From the IMG/VR virus record IMGVR_UViG_3300031578_000001: a stretch of 64,000 bases of DNA, one strand, 5' to 3'. Both the position numbers and the translations under genes were made by a program. The stretch's first letter is position 1; every line of letters starts with the position of its first letter. Source of the DNA: a virus. The notes under the pieces were generated by a model. That model searched no databases. It saw nothing but the letters and a program-made list of their open reading frames with translations, and was not told the origin of the DNA. Positions 46,132 to 55,292 of this stretch are shown here, in pieces.

Positions 46132-46458
46132 TTACTTGGCCAGCGGGACGTAATTGTCGATCGGTTCGATCTCGAGCTTCAGACCGAGTGCTCTGCAACA
46201 GGACTCGATCGTGAAATAGGAGGGCTTCGATGTTCTTCCCCTGAACAGACGCAGGACGGTGGCCGGAGCCAGGAAGGCTTTTTCGGCGAGGCCGGATGGG
46301 GATAGTCCCTGTCTCTTCATTCCCGTCTCGATGTCCCGAACCTTGGCGATGAGTTCTATCGTTCTACGGAGATTTTCCATACTTGCACCAGTTTCCATGA
46401 TCTGCCTCTTAGTTAATGAAGCGGACTGTAGAATTAACAAATGAGGACGGGGGAGCAT
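46132..46458 (-). CDS. XRE-family helix-turn-helix regulator
   Basis: GLSPSGLAEKAFLAPATVLRLFRGRTSKPSYFTIESCCRALG. Confidence 0.75.
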   Translation of the reverse strand: MLPRPHLLILQSASLTKRQIMETGASMENLRRTIELIAKVRDIETGMKRQGLSPSGLAEKAFLAPATVLRLFRGRTSKPSYFTIESCCRALGLKLEIEPIDNYVPLAK

Positions 46459-46718
46459 TTTCGGCGTTTGTACCTGACCGAGGTCAGGCCACGTAGGTTT
46501 CCCATCGTGATACCGAGACGATCCCTCGCGTCACCTGTCCCGCTTTCGCGGCGTCCTCAAGAATGCAAAACCTCTCGGGGAGCAAATGAGGGTTTGTTGG
46601 AAGGCCTGTCGCACGGAGGCGCCCCGAGAGGAGATTAAACCGGTGGAGAAGTGGCCGTCAGGATCATTACATTCTCGCAGCTCATGATCTGCCCGCCTGC
46701 CGGCACCGGTCTCATGTT

Positions 46719-48170
46719 CTACAAACCGAGGTTTCCCAGCTGGTATCCGAGCCAGAGCGCATGGCCCACATCGGACACCAGGCGCTCTTCGATGATCGTG
46801 TCCAGGATCTCCTGGCGTGAGCCTACGATTTCCAGGATAGCCGGACCGTTCGGGGCCATGAGGGTAGCCTTGAACTCGTAGTTAGGGGCATGATCGAACG
46901 TCCATTGGCCTTTTTCGTCCCACCATTCCCGCACCCTCCGGTGCTTCTCCACGATCTCGAGAGCCGGAGCCCAGTCGCGTTCGTAGATGTGGGCCGACTG
47001 GGAGATGATGGTGAGGTCGCCGAGAGCGTAGCGCTTGTCGTCCTGGTAATCGCCCTTGCAGGCCGCGGTCAGAGTTCTCACGAGATCCTGTAACCTCATC
47101 AGGCCATACGCATTCTCCGGCCATCCGAAGTACATATCGTTGGACCTGATGGTGGCCGTCATATGGAGGGCGCCGTTCATGATCCTGAACCAGAGATGGT
47201 TCAGGCACGGACTATGCTTCCTCGTCCACTTCGGATCCCAGAGGCTGATGACCGCGGATCGTGAGGACTCATCTTTAGCCAGCTTCTGTGCTACCTTCTG
47301 GATCTGATCGACGCCGAAATAGCCTCGGATCAGGTTACCGTACGTGTAGGTCACGTCCTGGTCCTCGAAGTTGGTGATGAGCTTCGGATAGTAGGCTTCC
47401 AGGTGATCGTGATCGAATGGAATGTACTCCGGGATATCACCTGGTTCAACTTTCAGTTTCTGATCGCTGATCACGACGGCGAGGTTCATGAGTTCCCTGC
47501 TTGGTTCACCGTAGTGGGTGTCGATCACGGTGCCGAATTTCATGATCTGGTAGAGTAACTCCAGGTAGCCCTCTTCAATGGTCTTGACCCGGATGGGGTG
47601 GAGGTTGTTCGGAGATGGGTAGGCGATCGGGTTGATCCTTGGAGGGGCTATCTCGGTCGCCGGCATGTCCCTTGGGTCGTCGCTGGTGAAGCGCGGGTCG
47701 GTCAGGGTGCTCACGAGGAGTTCGGCCTTTCTGAGTTCCACGACCTTGATGTTCTTGAGAAGTGTGACGATCATGCTGAGCGGGATGTTGTCCCAGATTC
47801 TGATGCTGTTCCAGTCGGGCTCGTCGATCGTGTAGTAGTTGTCCTTGTGGACGAGGCTCTCTGGACGCCTCTTCATCTCGAGGAATGCCTCGCTCGCCCC
47901 CGATAGGTCTGGGCCACAGAATATGATGTTCCGGATGGAAGGGGCCGCGAGCAGGTTTCGGATCATGATGTCGATCCCACGGGAGGCCGTATAGAGGTTC
48001 CCGATGATCGCGATGTTCGCGAGGGGGCTGTCCTCGCCCACGGTCTTGCGCCACGCCTCGTCGAGCTTGCTGAGGAAGACTTCCCTCTGTGCCCACCCGC
48101 ACACCACTGCGATCGATGATTTTCTGTTCCCGACGATGACCTGGTCAGGGAGGAACGGAGGCCACTTCAT
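46719..48170 (-). CDS. thyA: Thymidylate synthase-like protein fused to an N-terminal MtrA-like domain
   Basis: IAIIGNLYT..GI..MIRNLLAAPSIR (MtrA-like); YTYG, RSAVISLWDP, PCL, RSNDMYFGWPEN, SAHIYE. The start may be 48185. Confidence 0.8.
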   Translation of the reverse strand: MKWPPFLPDQVIVGNRKSSIAVVCGWAQREVFLSKLDEAWRKTVGEDSPLANIAIIGNLYTASRGIDIMIRNLLAAPSIRNIIFCGPDLSGASEAFLEMKRRPESLVHKDNYYTIDEPDWNSIRIWDNIPLSMIVTLLKNIKVVELRKAELLVSTLTDPRFTSDDPRDMPATEIAPPRINPIAYPSPNNLHPIRVKTIEEGYLELLYQIMKFGTVIDTHYGEPSRELMNLAVVISDQKLKVEPGDIPEYIPFDHDHLEAYYPKLITNFEDQDVTYTYGNLIRGYFGVDQIQKVAQKLAKDESSRSAVISLWDPKWTRKHSPCLNHLWFRIMNGALHMTATIRSNDMYFGWPENAYGLMRLQDLVRTLTAACKGDYQDDKRYALGDLTIISQSAHIYERDWAPALEIVEKHRRVREWWDEKGQWTFDHAPNYEFKATLMAPNGPAILEIVGSRQEILDTIIEERLVSDVGHALWLGYQLGNLGL

Positions 48171-48234
48171 GAAAAAACCTTTCATACGAAAAAACCCGAT
48201 GCACTTGGCATCGGGTACAGGAGGACGACGGCTT

Positions 48235-48513
48235 CTATCCGAACTCGGGTGGAGCTGGAAGGCGCGTGACCTCCTGTTTGACTGTGGTGAGCATCGGGAT
48301 CTGGTTTCCCTGGCTATCCAGGACGTACGTGAGGAACACGGCACCGCTCACCTGCTGCGCCCGTCCATCGCACGATTCCCACCCCTGGTAAAAGCGGAGG
48401 ATGGGTTGGGATTGCCCGTCGGATCTCTTGTTGAGTCCGGGGGCAAACTTGCTGAGCGGTATCATCGCTCTCCTCCCTTTAAAAAAGAAACGGGAATGAA
48501 ACTTCTTCCTCAT
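48235..48513 (-). CDS. Hypothetical protein
   Basis: Follows the promoter motif at 48517. Confidence 0.45.
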   Translation of the reverse strand: MRKKFHSRFFFKGRRAMIPLSKFAPGLNKRSDGQSQPILRFYQGWESCDGRAQQVSGAVFLTYVLDSQGNQIPMLTTVKQEVTRLPAPPEFG

Positions 48514-48541
48514 TCATCTTATGACAAATCGAGGCTCATTT

Positions 48542-49474
48542 TTATCCCGTAATCTTGTAGCGCGTGTTTTTTCTGAATCTGTTCTTACTCATCGGTTTCA
48601 CATACATGGAAACGTAATAGTTACTGATATTAGTGATTTCCTTGAACACGGCTACGAGACCGCGTTCTCGCATCATGGTCCATAGTTTGATCATTCGTTT
48701 CCATCGATCGGTTCCGAGATTAGTCTGACGGTTTTGGTATCGGCCCACTGGGCGGAATCCTCTATTTTCGAGATCAGTCCCTGACAGACTCATTGGCCAT
48801 GTCGGAACTTCGTTGCCGATAAGATATGCTTCGTCAGTTCCTTTCTCGAATACCTCCTTGGAATAGCACATTTCACAGATCGATTCCTGGAGTACATCAT
48901 CCCATAGGAAGCACTCCTCATCCAGCTCACGGTTGCATCCTTCGCAATGCATGGTGTGGTCGCTACCTTGATCTCTGCATCTCTCGGAACAGAATTTCAT
49001 GATGATTCCTTCTGTGTTCTCGCGTGCGCTTTCGAAATGCTCAGAGGTGAGCCATTCGGAGATGACCACAGCGTCCTGGCATTCGGAGCACTCGAAGAAT
49101 GGCTCGACGACCTCGTCTTCAACGAGCTGATACCTGGCCTCGATCTCATCGTAGATCAGCAGGTGGAGGCGTTTTAGAGTTTCCTCCGGTGTCTCCTGAA
49201 GGAAGAGATCGAGCTCGGCCTGGTATAGAGTTCTTCGTCTGAACGGGATCTTGCGACCGAGTTCATTGCGGCCAGTATGCAGGATGAACCGTCCGCTGCA
49301 TTCGTCCTTGTCCTTGGAGCAGAACCGACAGGCTTCCCTGCCGTAGAATTGGATCTTCCAGCATTCGTCCGAGTACTTGTGATCTCGGCCCCTTCTCGTA
49401 TGGAAGGAAGGGACCGAGTTCCACCCATAGTATCTGTGCCGAGTCTCCTTGACGATATCTTTGATGTCAGGCAC
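48542..49474 (-). CDS. Cys-rich hypothetical protein
   Basis: Multiple CxxC motifs; lower GC than neighbours. Confidence 0.65.
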   Translation of the reverse strand: MPDIKDIVKETRHRYYGWNSVPSFHTRRGRDHKYSDECWKIQFYGREACRFCSKDKDECSGRFILHTGRNELGRKIPFRRRTLYQAELDLFLQETPEETLKRLHLLIYDEIEARYQLVEDEVVEPFFECSECQDAVVISEWLTSEHFESARENTEGIIMKFCSERCRDQGSDHTMHCEGCNRELDEECFLWDDVLQESICEMCYSKEVFEKGTDEAYLIGNEVPTWPMSLSGTDLENRGFRPVGRYQNRQTNLGTDRWKRMIKLWTMMRERGLVAVFKEITNISNYYVSMYVKPMSKNRFRKNTRYKITG

Positions 49475-49504
49475 CTGCGCCTCCTTGTACCAATCCGTTG
49501 GGTT

Positions 49505-49999
49505 CTACCTGAGAGCCACCGCCTTGATCTTTCTGAGGTCGATGTAGACGATCGGCTTGTCCATGGCCATGGCATACTCAACGCAGTTGGCCGTTCCTCC
49601 TCTCGATCGATCCCACACGGCCAGGAGAAGATTGGACTTATCAACCATCCATTTGTTCCTATCCTGCATCAGTTTAGGGCTGTAGGGTTGATCGGATACC
49701 AGAACCTGCGTCACGAATGGGTTGAAGAGAATTCCGCGGTATCTGGCCCTGCTCGTGTCGGGCCACAAGGCGTCCTGATTCTTGCACGGGATGCAGGCGA
49801 CCACGGTGATGCAGGCGGAGATTCCTGCCTCGGCCCACAGCATGTCCACACCCAGGGCCATTCCGCTCAAGATCCGTTCAGGTTTGTACTTATCGATGAT
49901 CTCGTCCATTTCGATTCTGATCAGGTTAGAGATCGGCCCGTTCCCGTTGAACTCGTTATTGAGCTTCCCGGGTCTGTGTCCAGTGCAGGCGATATACAT
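49505..49999 (-). CDS. YspA/DUF1273-like SLOG family protein
   Basis: IACTGHRP, SGMALGVD, RNKWMVD, GGTANCV. Confidence 0.85.
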   Translation of the reverse strand: MYIACTGHRPGKLNNEFNGNGPISNLIRIEMDEIIDKYKPERILSGMALGVDMLWAEAGISACITVVACIPCKNQDALWPDTSRARYRGILFNPFVTQVLVSDQPYSPKLMQDRNKWMVDKSNLLLAVWDRSRGGTANCVEYAMAMDKPIVYIDLRKIKAVALR

Positions 50000-50273
50000 A
50001 AAACCTCCTCGATACGGCCTCTACACGCGTGCGCGTTGGGGTCGAGTTAAAAATGTATGCAGACCCCTTCCAGGGTGGAGTGTCCAGATGGAGGGAAAAT
50101 TAGAGAGGGGCGTGGGGCCAGGGGTTGCGCCCCTGGCCCCACCAGTGCCGGTGGCCAGTAATACCGTCCATCAGCACTACTCTTATAACACAAAAAGGAA
50201 TCGTTTTCGTCCATTAAGGGAGGGGAGGGGAATACGCTCCCCCTCCCTCTCCCATTCCTTTCGTGATCGAGAC

Positions 50274-51332
50274 TCAGATGGTTACCTGGTAGAGGTTCTT
50301 GATGTAGTCCTTTCCCTTCCCTCGAGGGAAGGGAAGAATCCACTTCAGGCGTGTGGGCCTGTTCTCCACGTCACGTGGGCCATACGGGACTTCCCTGTAA
50401 TGGCCGCGTACCCAGTGGGCTCTTCGTTTCGCCCCTTTCGTTCCCTCTCTCGGGTCTCCTGATTCGTTGGTGTCGAGGGGAGAGATTCTTATTCCCCTTC
50501 CGACAACGTAGACGCGCTTCGAGGATGCCATCTTCCTCTGTTTCTTATTCATGAGCTTCTTGAACGGGATCCCCTGGTTCCCTTTGCCCCCGTCCACTCT
50601 TGCTTTCGGCATCGTGATGTAGAGTACGATGTTGATGAGCCACTCGAAGACACCCTTAAAGGACTCCATGTTCAGCTTCATGGCCTCCAGTTCATTCTCC
50701 GTGCTGATCCCTAAGGAGGCTCTCGACATGAATTCCGATATTCTCCAATCTATCTGTGGAAGCAGGAGATCGTTCCTGAAGAATATAGGGAAGCTGAATA
50801 GGCAATCGTCATTCTTGATTTTCGATTCCTTGATTACATCGGATACGGGGATGAAGATGATCGGTTTCAGAGGAACTCCGACAAGATGGTCGCCTCCTCC
50901 GATCATTGTTTCCATTACTTCCTTGTCGAGGGTCACAATCGGATCATGGAGTACATAGACTCCCGACAATGGGGCCGTTTGGATCTCAGATGGCATCGCG
51001 TACGACACCGTGAAATCGTTCTGTGGAAGGTCGATGAAGATCGAGTCGAATGGGAGGTTGAAGTGCTTCAGAGAGATCGAGTCGAGGCTCGTATTCAGAA
51101 GCAGGTCTCCGATTCCGTCCTCGATGATGTAGATTCTCGTGCCTCTCCACATGGCGAAGGTGATATCCAACGACGAGATACTCTGCCTTGATATCATCGA
51201 TATCACTTGCCGTCTGTATTCCGAGAACGTCGAGTCTTTTCCATTCAGGAGTCTCTTCTCGAAGAAGTCGTATACGGATTTGGAGATAGCATCGTAGGTT
51301 CTCTCCCACCGGATCGGATGCGGTTCTTTCAT
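50274..51332 (-). CDS. Phage hypothetical protein
   Basis: C-terminal AHWVRGHYREVPYGP...KWILPF. Confidence 0.7.
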   Translation of the reverse strand: MKEPHPIRWERTYDAISKSVYDFFEKRLLNGKDSTFSEYRRQVISMISRQSISSLDITFAMWRGTRIYIIEDGIGDLLLNTSLDSISLKHFNLPFDSIFIDLPQNDFTVSYAMPSEIQTAPLSGVYVLHDPIVTLDKEVMETMIGGGDHLVGVPLKPIIFIPVSDVIKESKIKNDDCLFSFPIFFRNDLLLPQIDWRISEFMSRASLGISTENELEAMKLNMESFKGVFEWLINIVLYITMPKARVDGGKGNQGIPFKKLMNKKQRKMASSKRVYVVGRGIRISPLDTNESGDPREGTKGAKRRAHWVRGHYREVPYGPRDVENRPTRLKWILPFPRGKGKDYIKNLYQVTI

Positions 51333-51892
51333 GACTCTAATCCTTGGTGCTGTCTAAGGAGCTTCTCGAGATCGTAGACGGCCTCGTTCCCGGCACCTAT
51401 CCGGACGAGCTCGACCACCAGGTATTGGAGTGAGATGAACTCGTCCTCCTGGGGGATGTCAAACTTCAGGATCGCTGGGATGTTCTTATCCATGGCGTGG
51501 ATGCACACGGAGCAGAACCCGTTGTAGATGACTACGTCGGGGTCGATGGTCTGGTTGATGCGCCTGTCCCTTCTGAGGATCGGGAAGAGAGGCTTGAGTC
51601 TCCCGTCGATCTCGGACAGATCCTTGAGAAGACTCCACGGATCCGAGACGAGTGTCGCTCGTTTCTTTGCCCCGACCTTCCCGCACCGGATGCACGTGAC
51701 CTGCGGCAGGAGATCGTTCTCCATGTTTGAGATGAACGTCCCCAGGTGGTTTGCGTCCTGAGGATTGATCCCCAACTTGATGGCTGCCGCCCTGAGCACG
51801 GCCGGCGTGTCGTACCTTGGCCTCGCCGATTCCAAGCCTGCTTTCACCTTGACTTTGTCGAGGGTCTCGACCGATTCCCTGGGTAGATACAT
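51329..51892 (-). CDS. Hypothetical protein with Cys pairs
   Basis: CIRC..CSVC; RBS ggaggag. Confidence 0.65.
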   Translation of the reverse strand: MYLPRESVETLDKVKVKAGLESARPRYDTPAVLRAAAIKLGINPQDANHLGTFISNMENDLLPQVTCIRCGKVGAKKRATLVSDPWSLLKDLSEIDGRLKPLFPILRRDRRINQTIDPDVVIYNGFCSVCIHAMDKNIPAILKFDIPQEDEFISLQYLVVELVRIGAGNEAVYDLEKLLRQHQGLES

Positions 51893-52049
51893 ACTACTCC
51901 TCCTAAAATGTCATTGTGTGAAGACACCCGGCACATCTATCGAGATGCCCGGGATTTACTTCACTGGAATCCTTTCAAAGTTCTTATGACACAAAAGGAC
52001 TGCTTTCTTAGAGACCAGTACAGCGTTATCCTTATGGTGGAGGTATCCC

Positions 52050-54017
52050 ATGGGCGACATGGTTCAAGCTTTGCAGTCTACCCAGAAATACATCGGCCAC
52101 GACTGCACTACGATTCTCCAAGACCTCACCCGTGCCATGCGGAAGATCACGGATCGCGAGGTGAAGCGTCAACGGGAGGAAGCAGGCAAGGTCCAGAAGG
52201 ACTTCGAGGCCAGGAAGTCCGGTGGCCTATGGGACGATATCACCTCCGGGCCGCTCAACGAGTTCAAAGCATCCATTGCCGAAGTCCAGACGAACTACGA
52301 CGAGGGATCTCAGCAGCAGCAGGGATTTCTCGAGAGGTATCAGAAGTATCTCGACGCGGGGATGAACATGGCCGGCATGGCCACCGAGCTCGTGTCGGGA
52401 GTTACTTCCGGGATCGTGGATGAGATGGGCGCCATCAACGCCGTGAGCGAAGCTGCCGGCATGGGCTCGCTCGTTCCTACGGGTGAGAACGAGACCTGCG
52501 GTACCGGATCCCTGCTTATCGGAACGGTGACCAGCGTCTTTCGTGTGGGCGCAGACGCGGCAACCCTCGCCGCGCAATCTGTTTTTGCTGTCCAGTCCTC
52601 CATCGGGATGGCACTCCAGGTACTGCCCGATCTGTACTCGGCTTTGATGAGCATGCCGTCAGGCCTTCTATCCATCATCCTCACGAACAAGGAGGCCCTG
52701 CTGGATCGGATCGAGAGTACCATCAAACAGTCTCTCGACATCGTCGTTTCGATGACAGATAAGGACTACCCTTTCGATCATGCCGCGTTCATTGCCGCTG
52801 CCAAGGCCCGGCTCGAGGATGCGGATGCGGATCTCTCGGCCGTGGAGGAGATCCTCGAGGCTGGAGGGTTGTTCCAGGAGCCGAACTGGAGTCGTGCCAA
52901 GGATACGATCGAGGAGACTGGAAATGATCTTCTCGGGATCGGGGAAGGATCCCTCATTCCAGGTTTCGTTCAGACGAAGATCATCAAGATCCTGGGATAC
53001 CAGAAGCTTCTCGAGATGCTGATCAAGGTGCTCGACGAGCGTCAGAGCATCTTTGCCCAGCTTGCCGGAAACATCGGATCTTTCCAGTCGAACTTCCAGA
53101 CCACGGCTAAGTTTCAGAATCTGATGGCTCCGATTGTTCAGCAGGTTCGCTGCACGCTCCAGAAGATTATCCAGGACATGGGAGACACCATAAATCTGAA
53201 CGCGCTCCTCAGGTACTTCATCAAGGAGAAGAAGTGGGGGATCGATCTCCTGTCCCTCGCCGTCTACATGGTCAACACGGGTCACCTCGGTGACGACCTC
53301 GGGGTCCCGTCCAGTGCACTCAACGATCTCGCGAACAAGATGTCGTCTTCCATTGGAGACGGTGCGGACTACTTCGCAGGAGCGGAGTCCTACGACGTTC
53401 TCACCGGGCTTCTCGCGAACTACACGAGAGAACTCAAGATGAAGGCATCGAGGAACGCTGACCCGAAGATCCTCGATGGGATCGCCCAGGCCATCTTCAC
53501 GGAGATTGAGATCCAAAGGAAAAGCAACAGCGATCTGTCGGAGATCCTGAATGGCTTCAACTCCTCGATCGCCGGAGCCGGTCTCGTGGCCGTGCAGGCC
53601 ATCTCGGGTCTCCTCTCGCTCCTTGGCGATCAGGGCCTCGACACGATCGTGGACTCCATCATGAACGGGGACATCGCCGCACTCTTCAGCGTCGATGCCG
53701 TGAAGCGTCAGGTCGAGGCTACGGCCAGGAAGGCGATCGGTGATGCGCTCCAGTGCTGCACGGACAACGCTGGAGACGGAGACGCGGCCGAGCGCCTTAC
53801 GAATATGAGCAGGGTCGTCCAGGAGCTTCAGAAGGGGAAGGAGATTTTCGACCGTTATACCAAGGGGTATGCGGATCTGTACGTGAAGAACGTCTACAAG
53901 AAGCAGATTCCGGGCCTACAGCAGATCAACAGGGACGTTGCGAACGTCAAGAGAGCCAGGTGCATGAACAAGGGGCAGACCAGCGCGGCGGGTGATCTCG
54001 GCTTGACTCTGGTGTAG
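52050..54017 (+). CDS. Putative virion protein (helical)
   Basis: 655 aa; RBS ggagg; heads a structural block. Confidence 0.65.
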   Translation: MGDMVQALQSTQKYIGHDCTTILQDLTRAMRKITDREVKRQREEAGKVQKDFEARKSGGLWDDITSGPLNEFKASIAEVQTNYDEGSQQQQGFLERYQKYLDAGMNMAGMATELVSGVTSGIVDEMGAINAVSEAAGMGSLVPTGENETCGTGSLLIGTVTSVFRVGADAATLAAQSVFAVQSSIGMALQVLPDLYSALMSMPSGLLSIILTNKEALLDRIESTIKQSLDIVVSMTDKDYPFDHAAFIAAAKARLEDADADLSAVEEILEAGGLFQEPNWSRAKDTIEETGNDLLGIGEGSLIPGFVQTKIIKILGYQKLLEMLIKVLDERQSIFAQLAGNIGSFQSNFQTTAKFQNLMAPIVQQVRCTLQKIIQDMGDTINLNALLRYFIKEKKWGIDLLSLAVYMVNTGHLGDDLGVPSSALNDLANKMSSSIGDGADYFAGAESYDVLTGLLANYTRELKMKASRNADPKILDGIAQAIFTEIEIQRKSNSDLSEILNGFNSSIAGAGLVAVQAISGLLSLLGDQGLDTIVDSIMNGDIAALFSVDAVKRQVEATARKAIGDALQCCTDNAGDGDAAERLTNMSRVVQELQKGKEIFDRYTKGYADLYVKNVYKKQIPGLQQINRDVANVKRARCMNKGQTSAAGDLGLTLV

Positions 54018-54070
54018 GCAACCCTATACTAAAATTCGGCTCAAGGTTTGTTCTATCTGGTAGATGGCTG

Positions 54071-54469
54071 ATGGACTTCGGTGCGATCACCTTCAATCGA
54101 GACAACTCCATCACGCTCGAGTCTGGCAATAGTCCTCGTCGGCTCAGCGGGATGGCGGCTCTCATGCAGACGGTGATCATCGATCTGCTCTCCGATCCTG
54201 CGATCACAGGCGGGGGATCAGGATTCATCACGGCGCTACAGAACGCGAGGATCGGATCCTCAGAAATTAAGGCGGTCCTCAGGTCGAGGATCAGGGCGGC
54301 TCAGGAGAACATCTTCTCCTACCAGCAGGACAGCAACTCTCCGGACGACGAGAAGCTGAAGAGTCTGGATCTCCTCGATGTCCAGGAGAACGATGACGGT
54401 GATGGCTGGGAGGCTGGGATCATCGTGACGAACGTATCCGGAGAAGTTCAGATGCAGACGTTAGGATGA
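54071..54469 (+). CDS. Baseplate wedge gp25/GpW-like protein
   Basis: LMQTVIIDLLSDP....GSG...PDDEKLKSLDLL pattern. Confidence 0.6.
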   Translation: MDFGAITFNRDNSITLESGNSPRRLSGMAALMQTVIIDLLSDPAITGGGSGFITALQNARIGSSEIKAVLRSRIRAAQENIFSYQQDSNSPDDEKLKSLDLLDVQENDDGDGWEAGIIVTNVSGEVQMQTLG

Positions 54470-54473
54470 GTCG

Positions 54474-54650
54474 ATGAACGAGAAGATCGCGGAAGCCTTC
54501 CTGGACGAGTTGGATAAGATTGGGATCTGGCCTGCCATCGCGGCGGCTGCAAGGGCGGCAGCTCCAGCGGTCATCAGCGCTATACCATCCCTGGTGGGTG
54601 GGGTGAAGAAACCCAAACCTCCCGTTTCGATAACAGGAGGCATCAAGTGA
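54474..54650 (+). CDS. Small protein with AFLDELDKIG motif (not in ORF track)
   Basis: MNEKIAEAFLDELDKIGIW...; 58 aa. Confidence 0.65.
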   Translation: MNEKIAEAFLDELDKIGIWPAIAAAARAAAPAVISAIPSLVGGVKKPKPPVSITGGIK

Positions 54651-54874
54651 GAGACCGTATCGCCGCGGCCATGCTCGACGAACTCGGGCGTCTCGACAAA
54701 GATGGTGCAGTGGGAGCGGCCATCGGGGCTCTGGCAAAGAAGGTCGTGGGGTCGTCGGCGGCCAAGTCGGTGGGCCAAGGGCTCGCCTATCAAGCCCCTT
54801 ACATGGCCATGTCCGCGATGCAGTCCAGACAGCAGCAGAAAACACCGAAGGACACGACAGGAGGCGTCTGGTAG
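54647..54874 (+). CDS. Small protein with AMLDELGRL motif
   Basis: 75 aa; GTGA overlap. Confidence 0.65.
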   Translation: MRDRIAAAMLDELGRLDKDGAVGAAIGALAKKVVGSSAAKSVGQGLAYQAPYMAMSAMQSRQQQKTPKDTTGGVW

Positions 54875-55261
54875 ATGGCGCTTCATCCGGACCAGATTCG
54901 CCTTTCCGACCTTTGTGTCCAGGGAGAGTATGATTGTCCGGCTTCCATTGCCGTGGGGGATCCGGCCTACCTGGCCTCGGCCGACGCGGTGGATCTGGCC
55001 GACTGTTTGGACGCAGATAAGATGCCGGCCGAGGGGATCGTGTCGAGGAAGATAACGGCGACCAGGTGTGTTGTAGTGACTCATGGATCGGTGAAGAAAT
55101 CGGGATGGAGTCTTGATCCTGACAACGAGTATTTTGTAGGATCTGGACATATCGTGAAATCGAACAACATTCCTATTTCGTTTGTCATGGTCCAATCGAT
55201 CGGCTGGGCCAAGAACACAGGTGAATTAACCGTCGACACCAGGGGCGTGACCGTCAGGTAG
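54875..55261 (+). CDS. Putative capsid decoration/fibre accessory protein
   Basis: IAVGDPAYL..AD..MPAEGIV..C.VVTHG pattern. Confidence 0.5.
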   Translation: MALHPDQIRLSDLCVQGEYDCPASIAVGDPAYLASADAVDLADCLDADKMPAEGIVSRKITATRCVVVTHGSVKKSGWSLDPDNEYFVGSGHIVKSNNIPISFVMVQSIGWAKNTGELTVDTRGVTVR

Positions 55262-55292
55262 CACCAGGCACGTATTGTGAAGGAGCAGAGAT

